A DNA stretch of 32,000 bases from Synechococcus elongatus PCC 6301 (lineage in GTDB: Bacteria > Cyanobacteriota > Cyanobacteriia > Synechococcales > Synechococcaceae): contig NC_006576.1 of assembly GCF_000010065.1 (NCBI RefSeq), positions 2,610,001-2,642,000 of the forward strand, in the 5' to 3' direction. A model generated the notes under the pieces. It did not search any database. It was not told the DNA's origin and saw nothing but the letters and a program-made list of their open reading frames with translations. Positions 7,898 to 15,365 of this stretch are shown piece after piece (position 1 is the stretch's first letter; the number at the start of each line of letters is the position of its first letter). The position numbers were made by a program, and so were the translations under genes.

Positions 7898-8587
7898 TTG
7901 GCGGATCACTATCAGACGCTGGGTGTTTCCCCCAGTGCCAGCCAGCAGGAGATCAAGCTGGCCTATCGACAACTGGCAATGCAGTATCATCCCGATCGCA
8001 ATGCCAAAGCCGGACATGATCGTATCGTGGCTATTAATGCCGCCTACGAAATCCTAGGGAACTTGGAAGAGCGGCGGCGCTATGATGCACTGCGAGGTGG
8101 CAGCCAGAGCGATGCAACCGATCGTACTGTGGCTGCTCAGGATCATTACCGTCAGCAACGTCGTCGCCAAAGCGATCGGGATGAAGCCGTTGAGCAGTGG
8201 CTGAAACGGGTTTACGAACCTGCTCAGACTGCCATTGGCAAAATTCTGCGGCCGTTTCGGGCGGAGCTAACTGCCCTTGCCGCTGATCCCTACGATGACG
8301 AATTGATGGCGGCTTTTGAAGCCTATATTGCGCGATCGCGGCAATTGCAGGCACAGGCAGAACGGTACCTGCAGTCCGAACCAGCACCCGCTATGGCCGG
8401 GGCGATCGCACGGTTGCTGTTTCAATGTCTGAATCAGGCTAGTGATGCTTTGGATGAATTGGAGCGCTACTGTTTGGGCTATAACGATGATTGCTTGCGG
8501 GATGGTCGAGAAATGATGCGTATTGCCCAACGTCTTCGCCAAGAAATGCAAGCGATCGTTCGGCAACAACCTGCTCGGAGCCGTTGA
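7898..8587 (+). CDS. J-domain (DnaJ-like) protein, 229 aa, TTG start 5 nt after the cysK stop
   Basis: The J domain begins at residue 4 (DHYQTLGVSPSASQQEIKLAYRQLAMQYHPDRN, with HPD present). The only in-frame start ahead of it is TTG 7898. The C-terminal ~150 aa have no Gly/Phe or zinc-finger region. Confidence 0.8.
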   Translation: MADHYQTLGVSPSASQQEIKLAYRQLAMQYHPDRNAKAGHDRIVAINAAYEILGNLEERRRYDALRGGSQSDATDRTVAAQDHYRQQRRRQSDRDEAVEQWLKRVYEPAQTAIGKILRPFRAELTALAADPYDDELMAAFEAYIARSRQLQAQAERYLQSEPAPAMAGAIARLLFQCLNQASDALDELERYCLGYNDDCLRDGREMMRIAQRLRQEMQAIVRQQPARSR

Positions 8588-8705
8588 GAAGCTTCAGTAG
8601 ACCATGGCCGACTACTTTCGTGACCTAGAGCAAACTACAGTGAGTGCCTAAACCCACAAGAAAATTTTAACTAAAAGGAGCGTGTTGTCTGGACAGAGAG
8701 CAGGC

Positions 8706-9365
8706 TCAAAGTAGACCCCGATAGCGAATAAAACTGAGGACAGCTGCCCAAGCACCAAGCGCCACTTTAATCGCTACGAGGATATTCAAAATAGGGATGA
8801 TCCCGCCGCTAAGGGGTGCTCCCAATTGACCTTGGGGAAGTTCAATTCCCGAGAGTGTCAAGACTGACAACACAATAAAAATTAGGACTGTAACTTTCTC
8901 CCAAGTTTCAGCATGCCAACGGTGATAAATGCTTTGCATCGCCTCTGGTGATGAAGTCATAGCAATCAAACCAATCGCTGTTCCACCTGCGACACCAGCT
9001 GCAAATCCGCCTCCTGGGCTGAGATGACCACGAATGGCTAGCTCGATACCGACGATTGCAGCGATCGTTGCGCCAAGCTGGGCAAGTAGTCGTGAGGGAG
9101 GGTCACTGAATTGATCAATTTTTGTTGATAGAGGTTCGTTCGCTAAAAGATAGCGAACGCCCATAATTGCGATTGTAAAGACAACGACCTCAAAAACAGT
9201 GTCGTAGAGTCGATTGCGAAAAATAACGCCTGAGACGGCGTTGATCACCCCAGTATCTTGAACGATTAATTCAACAATCGGAAAAGACTGCTGAGAGGTT
9301 GGGTTCGGCAATAGAATAATTTTGAAAAAGAAGAGCAGACCAGCAGCAAGGTAAATCCACTTCAT
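8706..9365 (-). CDS. mrpB: Mrp/Mnh cation:proton antiporter subunit B-like (219 aa)
   Basis: The MnhB-domain motif is NAVSGVIFRNRLYDTVFEVVVFTIAIMGV, in a polytopic membrane protein. It is the last gene of the operon and has a 4-nt ATGA overlap with the upstream gene. Confidence 0.8.
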   Translation of the reverse strand: MKWIYLAAGLLFFFKIILLPNPTSQQSFPIVELIVQDTGVINAVSGVIFRNRLYDTVFEVVVFTIAIMGVRYLLANEPLSTKIDQFSDPPSRLLAQLGATIAAIVGIELAIRGHLSPGGGFAAGVAGGTAIGLIAMTSSPEAMQSIYHRWHAETWEKVTVLIFIVLSVLTLSGIELPQGQLGAPLSGGIIPILNILVAIKVALGAWAAVLSFIRYRGLL

Positions 9366-9943
9366 GAGAAAAGACCTTTTTTTGTTGATAATTCTTCGTA
9401 AATAACGTCAGTAAGAGATGAAACTGGTTGCATGGTCATAATCTCATAGACTCGCTGGAGTCTGGTTACTGTTTGATAGGCTGGGGAGGAATTTTCCTCC
9501 TCGAGCGCTTCAGAGCCTGACTGTAAACAGATCGCATGAATCTCCCTCTCGTGGAGTGCCTTGGCAAGGTTTTCACGATTGGAATAAGAAACAAGCTCTA
9601 CTTTCATTTGATACTGTTTAAAGATAGTACGGAAGTAATCCATCAGCTGGCTGAAATGGTTGGAGGGACTCGTTTCGAGAGTAGTAATTTCATCCTCGAG
9701 AACCCCTAAACGTAAAACCAACGAAGATCGCACTGCGATCGCATAAAGCATGACTACCAGTAATGTGCCGACTAAAGCTTCTGTTGGGGCAACATCAGCT
9801 GCTCCTAGTACTGTGTAAGCCAGTGTTGCGATGGCTCCGAAGATACCTCGAATAACTAATGCCCTATAAGGATTAATCTGGCAGATTAACAGTATTGAAG
9901 TGAGGGGAAGTAGCGCCATAATGAAGTAAAGATAGCTATCCAT
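9362..9943 (-). CDS. Short MrpA-like subunit (DUF4040/MbhD-like membrane domain plus a hydrophilic C-terminal half), 193 aa; the longest ORF starts at 9988
   Basis: From ATG 9943: MDSYLYFIMALLPLTSILLICQINPYRALVIRGIFGAIATLAYTVLGAADVAPTEALVG resembles the MrpA C-terminal/MbhD domain. The gene occupies the 'A' slot of the cyanobacterial CDEFGAB order. The C-terminal ~110 aa are hydrophilic and I do not recognise them. Confidence 0.65.
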   Translation of the reverse strand: MDSYLYFIMALLPLTSILLICQINPYRALVIRGIFGAIATLAYTVLGAADVAPTEALVGTLLVVMLYAIAVRSSLVLRLGVLEDEITTLETSPSNHFSQLMDYFRTIFKQYQMKVELVSYSNRENLAKALHEREIHAICLQSGSEALEEENSSPAYQTVTRLQRVYEIMTMQPVSSLTDVIYEELSTKKGLFS

Positions 9944-10229
9944 GGGTGGTTCTCTGACTCGTTGGACGATCGCTAGAGCAATAGGCAAGAACGTAGCTCA
10001 GCATAGTATTCCAAAGTGCTAAAGATAAAATGGCAAGGATAAGTAACGGGAGTTCTCTGGGTCTTTTTAAGAGTAGTCCCAAAATGATACTGATTGAACC
10101 TAAGGTGTCGGCAACTGAGAGGTTGTGAAGCTTGAACAGGAGCGATCGCCGGCTGAGGAGAACGGGTGTACCCCAAAGCCAGAAAAAAACGCCGAGGATA
10201 ATCAAGCAATAGCTTAGAAAATTAATCAT
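9936..10229 (-). CDS. mrpG: Mrp/Mnh antiporter subunit G (97 aa)
   Basis: It is a small three-TM protein with the MnhG-like motif KLHNLSVADTLGS. It has a 4-nt overlap with mrpF. Confidence 0.8.
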   Translation of the reverse strand: MINFLSYCLIILGVFFWLWGTPVLLSRRSLLFKLHNLSVADTLGSISIILGLLLKRPRELPLLILAILSLALWNTMLSYVLAYCSSDRPTSQRTTHG

Positions 10230-10483
10230 GAGTCGCTAAGTCGCTTCAATAGGTGGGCAATCAACATGAATCCAGAGTTGCCAACACTGAGAATAATCAC
10301 GCCAACCACGCCAATCATCCAGTCGTCTCGCAAAACAGAAACCAGGAGAATAATGACTGCTGTCTTTGTAGAAACACTGGAAAAGGCAAGCATTGTCTGC
10401 CAAATATCATCTCCTTTTAGCGATGTATAAAGAGGGACAAGTAAGGTCGCTATCATGATCATCAAGACAATATTTAAAGTCAT
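10226..10483 (-). CDS. mrpF: Mrp/Mnh antiporter subunit F (85 aa)
   Basis: It is an 85-aa three-TM protein in the F position, with ATGA overlaps on both sides. The assignment rests mainly on size, position and hydrophobicity. Confidence 0.7.
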   Translation of the reverse strand: MTLNIVLMIMIATLLVPLYTSLKGDDIWQTMLAFSSVSTKTAVIILLVSVLRDDWMIGVVGVIILSVGNSGFMLIAHLLKRLSDS

Positions 10484-10866
10484 AAACGCTTCCTCCGCAT
10501 GCGGTGTACCTCATACCAGCCACTGTCGTTGTATTTAAGAACAATGCTCTTAGGAGTCAGTGTGATCAGAAAAATATCTCGAAACATTAACCGTGGCGAT
10601 CGCTCAGACTTTATACGTTCAATCACAATCTCTTCTTGGAGATGGGGGTAAAAGATAATTTCAAAAGCTTCCCAATAAGCTTGGATAAATGCTATTAGAA
10701 CTTTCCAGATTCCAACAAGGATCTCCTTGATTTGTCGGAGTGATATTGATGTAGAGCTATAGGGTAAGAGTAGTGCAATGCTAATACCAATCACGATGTT
10801 GATAGGGCTGAAATTGGCTGTTAGCAAAAACCAAATTGTCAGTCTCAGAATGAGGTTTGTAATCAT
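10480..10866 (-). CDS. mrpE: Mrp/Mnh antiporter subunit E (128 aa)
   Basis: It has an N-terminal pair of TM segments and the MnhE-like motif FLITLTPKSIVL. It overlaps both mrpD and mrpF. Confidence 0.75.
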   Translation of the reverse strand: MITNLILRLTIWFLLTANFSPINIVIGISIALLLPYSSTSISLRQIKEILVGIWKVLIAFIQAYWEAFEIIFYPHLQEEIVIERIKSERSPRLMFRDIFLITLTPKSIVLKYNDSGWYEVHRMRRKRL

Positions 10867-12305
10867 ACTGCCACTATGCCAAAAATTACAACTAGACTAA
10901 TAATCATCACTCCAATCAGATTCTCGAACTGTTCAATCGCTCTGGGCAACTTAATCACCAATCGCCGAAAGATGACTAAATAAGCGATCCATCCGATTAC
11001 AATCGTCGCCAAAGGTTTCAGGATATTCTCGAGTGTATAAGCTTCATAATAGACAATATTAGCAACTAAGAGCCCCCCTAGTAGAAGTGTCATCGCGATC
11101 CAAAATCCTTGTTTCTGAGATAATCGCTCAGTTGAACTCTCTTGCTGATGGGGTAGAAAAATAAACTTAGCAAAGGAGATCGCAGTTCCTACTGCTGCAA
11201 GATTCATTCCGATGACTTGCCAAGGCAGTAAATTTTTCATGGTCAGAACCTTAGCCCCAAATCCTGAAAGGAGTGGAAATCCTGAAATTGAGAAGCTGGC
11301 AATCACTAAAACAATCCAGATTGAGTTTGGAATCGGTTGTAGTTGAAGCTCTTTGATATTTCGACTGGGCAAAATTCCTGCAATTAAAAAGAGTGCAGCC
11401 TTGACTAAACCATGGGAAAGTGCGTAGAGGCCTCCCACTTCAGGGGCTGCCAAAATAAAACCAACCTGAGAAATAGTATGAAAGGCCAAGATCCGTTTGG
11501 CATCTTTCTCTAGAACTGCATAGAATACGCCGAGCAAGGCTGTGGCTACTCCAAAGATCCGAATGATTTGATCAACTGCTTCGAACAATAGAGCGCAGCG
11601 GACGAGTGGCAGTATCCCTGCTTTAACAACAACACCAGACATTAGGGCTGAAACAGGGGCTTCTGATTCTGAATGAGTGAGCGGTAGCCAGAAGCCTGAG
11701 ACAAAAATTCCGCCCTTAACGAGCAGGGCCATAAAAATTAAAGCGATCGCTTCTAAAGGAGCATTTTGTAACCCTTGAAAAGCGAAGGAATGATTAGCCT
11801 GATAAACCAAGATTGTGCCAACTAGATAAAACAGCATGGCAACATTGCTAACAAAGAGATATCGCAGACCAATCCAGATTGAGCGATCGTTTCGAGGATA
11901 TGAAATTAATAGAAAGGTCGCAATACTGAGAACTTCCAAAGCCACGTAGAGACTCATAAAGTCTGCACAGGCAAATGCCGCATTGACGCTGCCGTGCAAA
12001 ATCAAAAGCTGAGTGTAGAAAAAAGCGGTTTTATTGCTTTTCCAGCAGTAGCAAACGACTGCTGTGGTAACCAGGGCATTCGTGAGAATAAAAAATGCAG
12101 CTAGAGGATCAAGAATAAGATCAATACCAAATTGATCTAGAAACCTGAAGTCTACCGCTGTTCCTCCAAGAAAGAGCTTTCCTGCATAGGCTGCTGAAGC
12201 GATCGCAGCCAATAGGGCTAGTAATCGACTGGTGTTGGGAAGAATATAGGCTAAGAAGCCCAGCAAAAAGGGCGAAAAAATCCAAATCAGCGTTAGCTCT
12301 TTCAT
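10863..12305 (-). CDS. mrpD: Mrp/Mnh antiporter subunit D (NuoN/NdhD-type antiporter-like subunit), 480 aa
   Basis: It is a 480-aa polytopic protein with proton-conducting-transporter features (WLPLTHSESEAPVSALMSGVVVKAG, HTISQVGF). It is the only subunit of this size class in the operon. Confidence 0.9.
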   Translation of the reverse strand: MKELTLIWIFSPFLLGFLAYILPNTSRLLALLAAIASAAYAGKLFLGGTAVDFRFLDQFGIDLILDPLAAFFILTNALVTTAVVCYCWKSNKTAFFYTQLLILHGSVNAAFACADFMSLYVALEVLSIATFLLISYPRNDRSIWIGLRYLFVSNVAMLFYLVGTILVYQANHSFAFQGLQNAPLEAIALIFMALLVKGGIFVSGFWLPLTHSESEAPVSALMSGVVVKAGILPLVRCALLFEAVDQIIRIFGVATALLGVFYAVLEKDAKRILAFHTISQVGFILAAPEVGGLYALSHGLVKAALFLIAGILPSRNIKELQLQPIPNSIWIVLVIASFSISGFPLLSGFGAKVLTMKNLLPWQVIGMNLAAVGTAISFAKFIFLPHQQESSTERLSQKQGFWIAMTLLLGGLLVANIVYYEAYTLENILKPLATIVIGWIAYLVIFRRLVIKLPRAIEQFENLIGVMIISLVVIFGIVAV

Positions 12306-12637
12306 TGCGTATTGCTGCGCTCAACTTCACTGATTTCTAAGGTGGGATTATTCCTCGATAGCTTCATGATCCCAACTAAAATCAGTGCTTGAACTGAAAA
12401 GCCAATCACGATTGCTGTTAGGATGACTGCCTGGGGAACGGGATCGGCATAGGCTTGATTCTGATCGGTGATCAAAATTGGTGTGAAGAGCCCTTCCCTG
12501 GCTGCAACAACGACGTAATACGTGATTACACCAGTACTCATCACATCCATTGCAATGACTTTCATGATCAGATTTTTCTTGAATAGAGTCCCAAAAAATC
12601 CAATCAGTAGTGTTGCTAGAATCAAGCCCTCTATCAC
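12302..12637 (-). CDS. mrpC: Mrp/Mnh antiporter subunit C (NuoK-like), 111 aa from GTG 12637; the longest ORF starts at TTG 12661
   Basis: ADPVPQAVILTAIVIGFSVQA is the MnhC/NuoK signature. GTG 12637 has GGAGA 7 nt upstream and gives an N-terminus (M)IEGLILATLLIGFFG like other MrpC proteins. Confidence 0.8.
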   Translation of the reverse strand: MIEGLILATLLIGFFGTLFKKNLIMKVIAMDVMSTGVITYYVVVAAREGLFTPILITDQNQAYADPVPQAVILTAIVIGFSVQALILVGIMKLSRNNPTLEISEVERSNTQ

Positions 12638-13056
12638 CAGCAAATCTCCGTGGCAATGCAACTAAATATTAATCAAAATAATAACTTGTTTTTTGGTTAA
12701 ATGAAAAACATTGAAGTATCTATCAAGATATCAATACTCTCTATAAAATCTTTTAAAGAATCAGTCTTCGCTCTTTCAGAATTGCTTTTTAGTTTAGTTG
12801 CTTTTAATGAGTATATTAGACTTTGTCAATGAGTTAAAATAATAACAGCAACAAGTTTGTTTTTAAGCATTTAAGCGTTAAAACTCCTATCTGCTTGAGG
12901 ATGACTTCCCCAAAAAGTACTGTTGTCCTCTCAAAAACAATGGGCTGAAATCAAATAACTTATTAGTCGAAAAATTGCTGCTGAAGGTTCCTTCAACCCT
13001 GGTAATAGCTAAGGTCTGCCGCGCCCAGAGCACAGCAGACCTTACCTGTTGAGCGA

Positions 13057-14178
13057 TTAGCCGCCAATGGTTTGGGCAAGGCCAAGGAACAGCGGAATGG
13101 CAATCCCGATTGCCACAGGAGTTCCGATCGCGGTGGAAGCCCCGATGTAGGCAGAGGGGTTGGCAGAAGGAATGCCAGCGCGCAGCGTCGGGGGACCGGA
13201 AATGTCGGAACTAGAGGCAGCGATGACTGCCAGAACCACAACGCCGCCCATGCTAAAACCAGTTGCGTAGTGCGCAATCATGCCAAGGCCGAAGGCAATG
13301 AACCCATGGGCTAGCGGCGCCACGATACTGTAGACGACGTACCACTGAGCTACTTTACGCAGCTCACTAATTCTCGACCATGCTTCCATGCCCATGACCA
13401 GCATCAGGATGGAAAGCAGCCCCCGGAAGAGAGGATCGTAGAAACCTTCGTAGACACTTTCTGGACGGGCAAACAGACCCAGAGCAACGCCAAGCAACAT
13501 TGCTGATAGGGCTGGACCTTGCAGGCTTTCTTCTACAATCGGCCAGATTTTGACCCGATGATCCCCAGACTCTTGCTGAGCATATTCGCGCCGGCTGCTG
13601 GGATAGTCCGACGAGCTGGAATAGTCGCCAGCGGCAACGGGCTGCTTGCTGTAAGCCCCCTGGGCTGACGCGAAAGCTGCTTCTTTCCGCTTCTTCTTAT
13701 TGAGATAGATGTTGGCGACGACGATCGCAGTCACCAAGGCCGGAATATCCATGAAGGGATAAAGCGCACCGGCCCAAGCTTCGTAGGGAATTTTTTGCTC
13801 TTCAAGGAGGGTTAGAGCTGCGGCCATCGTCGAGCCACTCACAGCACCAAAGAGCCCTCCCGTTGCGATCGCATCCACTGTTTTAACCTTTGGCATTCTC
13901 GCCAAGGTGTAGCGGGCGATGAAGACGATCAGAATGCCAATCGCTACTGAAAAGAGCGCGGGTAGGACCATCTCCGTCAAATTCGAGTTGCGGATCGCCA
14001 TACCGCCGGTCAGACCAATCTTGGTCAGCAGCATGAAAACGATGATCTTACAAATCGACTCTGGGATTTGCAGCTGACTACCACAGGCAGCAATAACCAT
14101 GCCGCCAATCAGAAAGCTGAGTGTTGGAGACTGCAGCTGCTTAACGAAGTCCATTAAGAAATTGGACAAGAAATCCAC
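13057..14178 (-). CDS. sbtA: Sodium-dependent bicarbonate transporter SbtA (373 aa, GTG start)
   Basis: From GTG 14178 the protein reads (M)DFLSNFLMDFVKQLQSPTLSFLIGGMVIAACGSQL. This aligns with the Synechocystis SbtA N-terminus as I recall it. A strong AGGAGGAG lies 5-6 nt upstream. Two 5-TM repeats flank a charged central loop (NKKKRKEAAF...). Confidence 0.93.
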   Translation of the reverse strand: MDFLSNFLMDFVKQLQSPTLSFLIGGMVIAACGSQLQIPESICKIIVFMLLTKIGLTGGMAIRNSNLTEMVLPALFSVAIGILIVFIARYTLARMPKVKTVDAIATGGLFGAVSGSTMAAALTLLEEQKIPYEAWAGALYPFMDIPALVTAIVVANIYLNKKKRKEAAFASAQGAYSKQPVAAGDYSSSSDYPSSRREYAQQESGDHRVKIWPIVEESLQGPALSAMLLGVALGLFARPESVYEGFYDPLFRGLLSILMLVMGMEAWSRISELRKVAQWYVVYSIVAPLAHGFIAFGLGMIAHYATGFSMGGVVVLAVIAASSSDISGPPTLRAGIPSANPSAYIGASTAIGTPVAIGIAIPLFLGLAQTIGG

Positions 14179-14369
14179 GGGTATCTCCTCCTGTCTCCTC
14201 GAATGAAGAGCAACGATTGTGAACAGCAAGCTTTTGAAAAGCAGCTGAAAATAAGGGTGAATTGCTTCGCCCTAACAACACAGGTGTTGTCTAAAAATTG
14301 ATTGACAGGATAGGCAGAGAGAATTTTCTCTTCAGGAGAACAGAGGTGATTGCAAAACTGCATCACTCC

Positions 14370-14385
14370 ATAGATTCCTGTCTAT
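14370..14385. promoter_or_regulatory. Perfect ATAG-N8-CTAT palindromic LysR-type box (NdhR/CcmR-like) upstream of sbtA
   Basis: ATAGattcctgtCTAT was read directly, 192-207 nt upstream of the sbtA GTG. It matches the consensus form reported for Synechocystis NdhR. Binding is untested. Confidence 0.45.
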
Positions 14386-14857
14386 TCAGATCCGTATCCC
14401 TGTGTGGCTAAGTCTATCTTGAGGAGGACAGTTTTGTTTGCTTCACACCCTAAATTTGTAGCGCAATGTCAAATCTATTCCATAAGTTTTCCTTTATCCC
14501 GCGATCGCTAATCGCAGGTTCGTCTAATACAAATCATGATCGCAGAGTTTTATCAATGATTAATGATTGCTTTGGGAAAACGATTGATTAGAGCCAAGGT
14601 CTAAGACGATTCGGCGCTGATCAATGCCACTGATTGAGGCCATTGCCTACATTGTCTAAAGGGATGCATCAGTAAAACTTTGAATTGATTCCGGCAAGGC
14701 AACGGTTTGCGCTTGCTAGCAATGCCTCAGGATTAATAAGGCACAGCAATGCAGTCGGGCAAGCAGGCTCGCGGAAGGCGCAATTGTCTACCTGTCAATG
14801 CTCATCATTCGCAACAATCTATTCCCCGCAAGAGTAGTAGCCTCCTAGAGTTTTGGC

Positions 14858-14905
14858 ATAGACTCAACAATATGGCTCAAAACTAAACCATAGACTTCTG
14901 TCTTG
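14858..14905. promoter_or_regulatory. Two degenerate ATAG-N8 boxes 32 bp apart just upstream of sbtB
   Basis: The boxes are ATAGactcaacaATAT (14858-14873) and ATAGacttctgtCTTG (14890-14905). The second shares ccatagaYtYctgtct with the sbtA-proximal box and overlaps a weak -35/-10 pair (TAGACT 14891-14896, TAGTAA 14914-14919). Confidence 0.3.
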
Positions 14906-14928
14906 GATCATCCTAGTAAACTGCCTGA

Positions 14929-15255
<327 letters not shown>

Positions 15256-15365
15256 TCTGACCTCGATGAGCTGAAGGGTCTCTGCCGTCTCGATTGAGCG
15301 TCAGTCCCTTCCGCTAAAAGTCGAGGAAGTTAACTCAGGTGTTAGTCGAGCGATCGCGTCAGGAT

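Noticed and set aside
14203-14301. Small ORFs in the sbtA-sbtB spacer, for example a 32-codon ORF at 14203 and a 45-codon basic ORF starting ATGCAGTCGGGC near 14749.
   Set aside because: There are no ribosome-binding sites and the composition is not protein-like. The first one overlaps the sbtA 5' leader in antisense.
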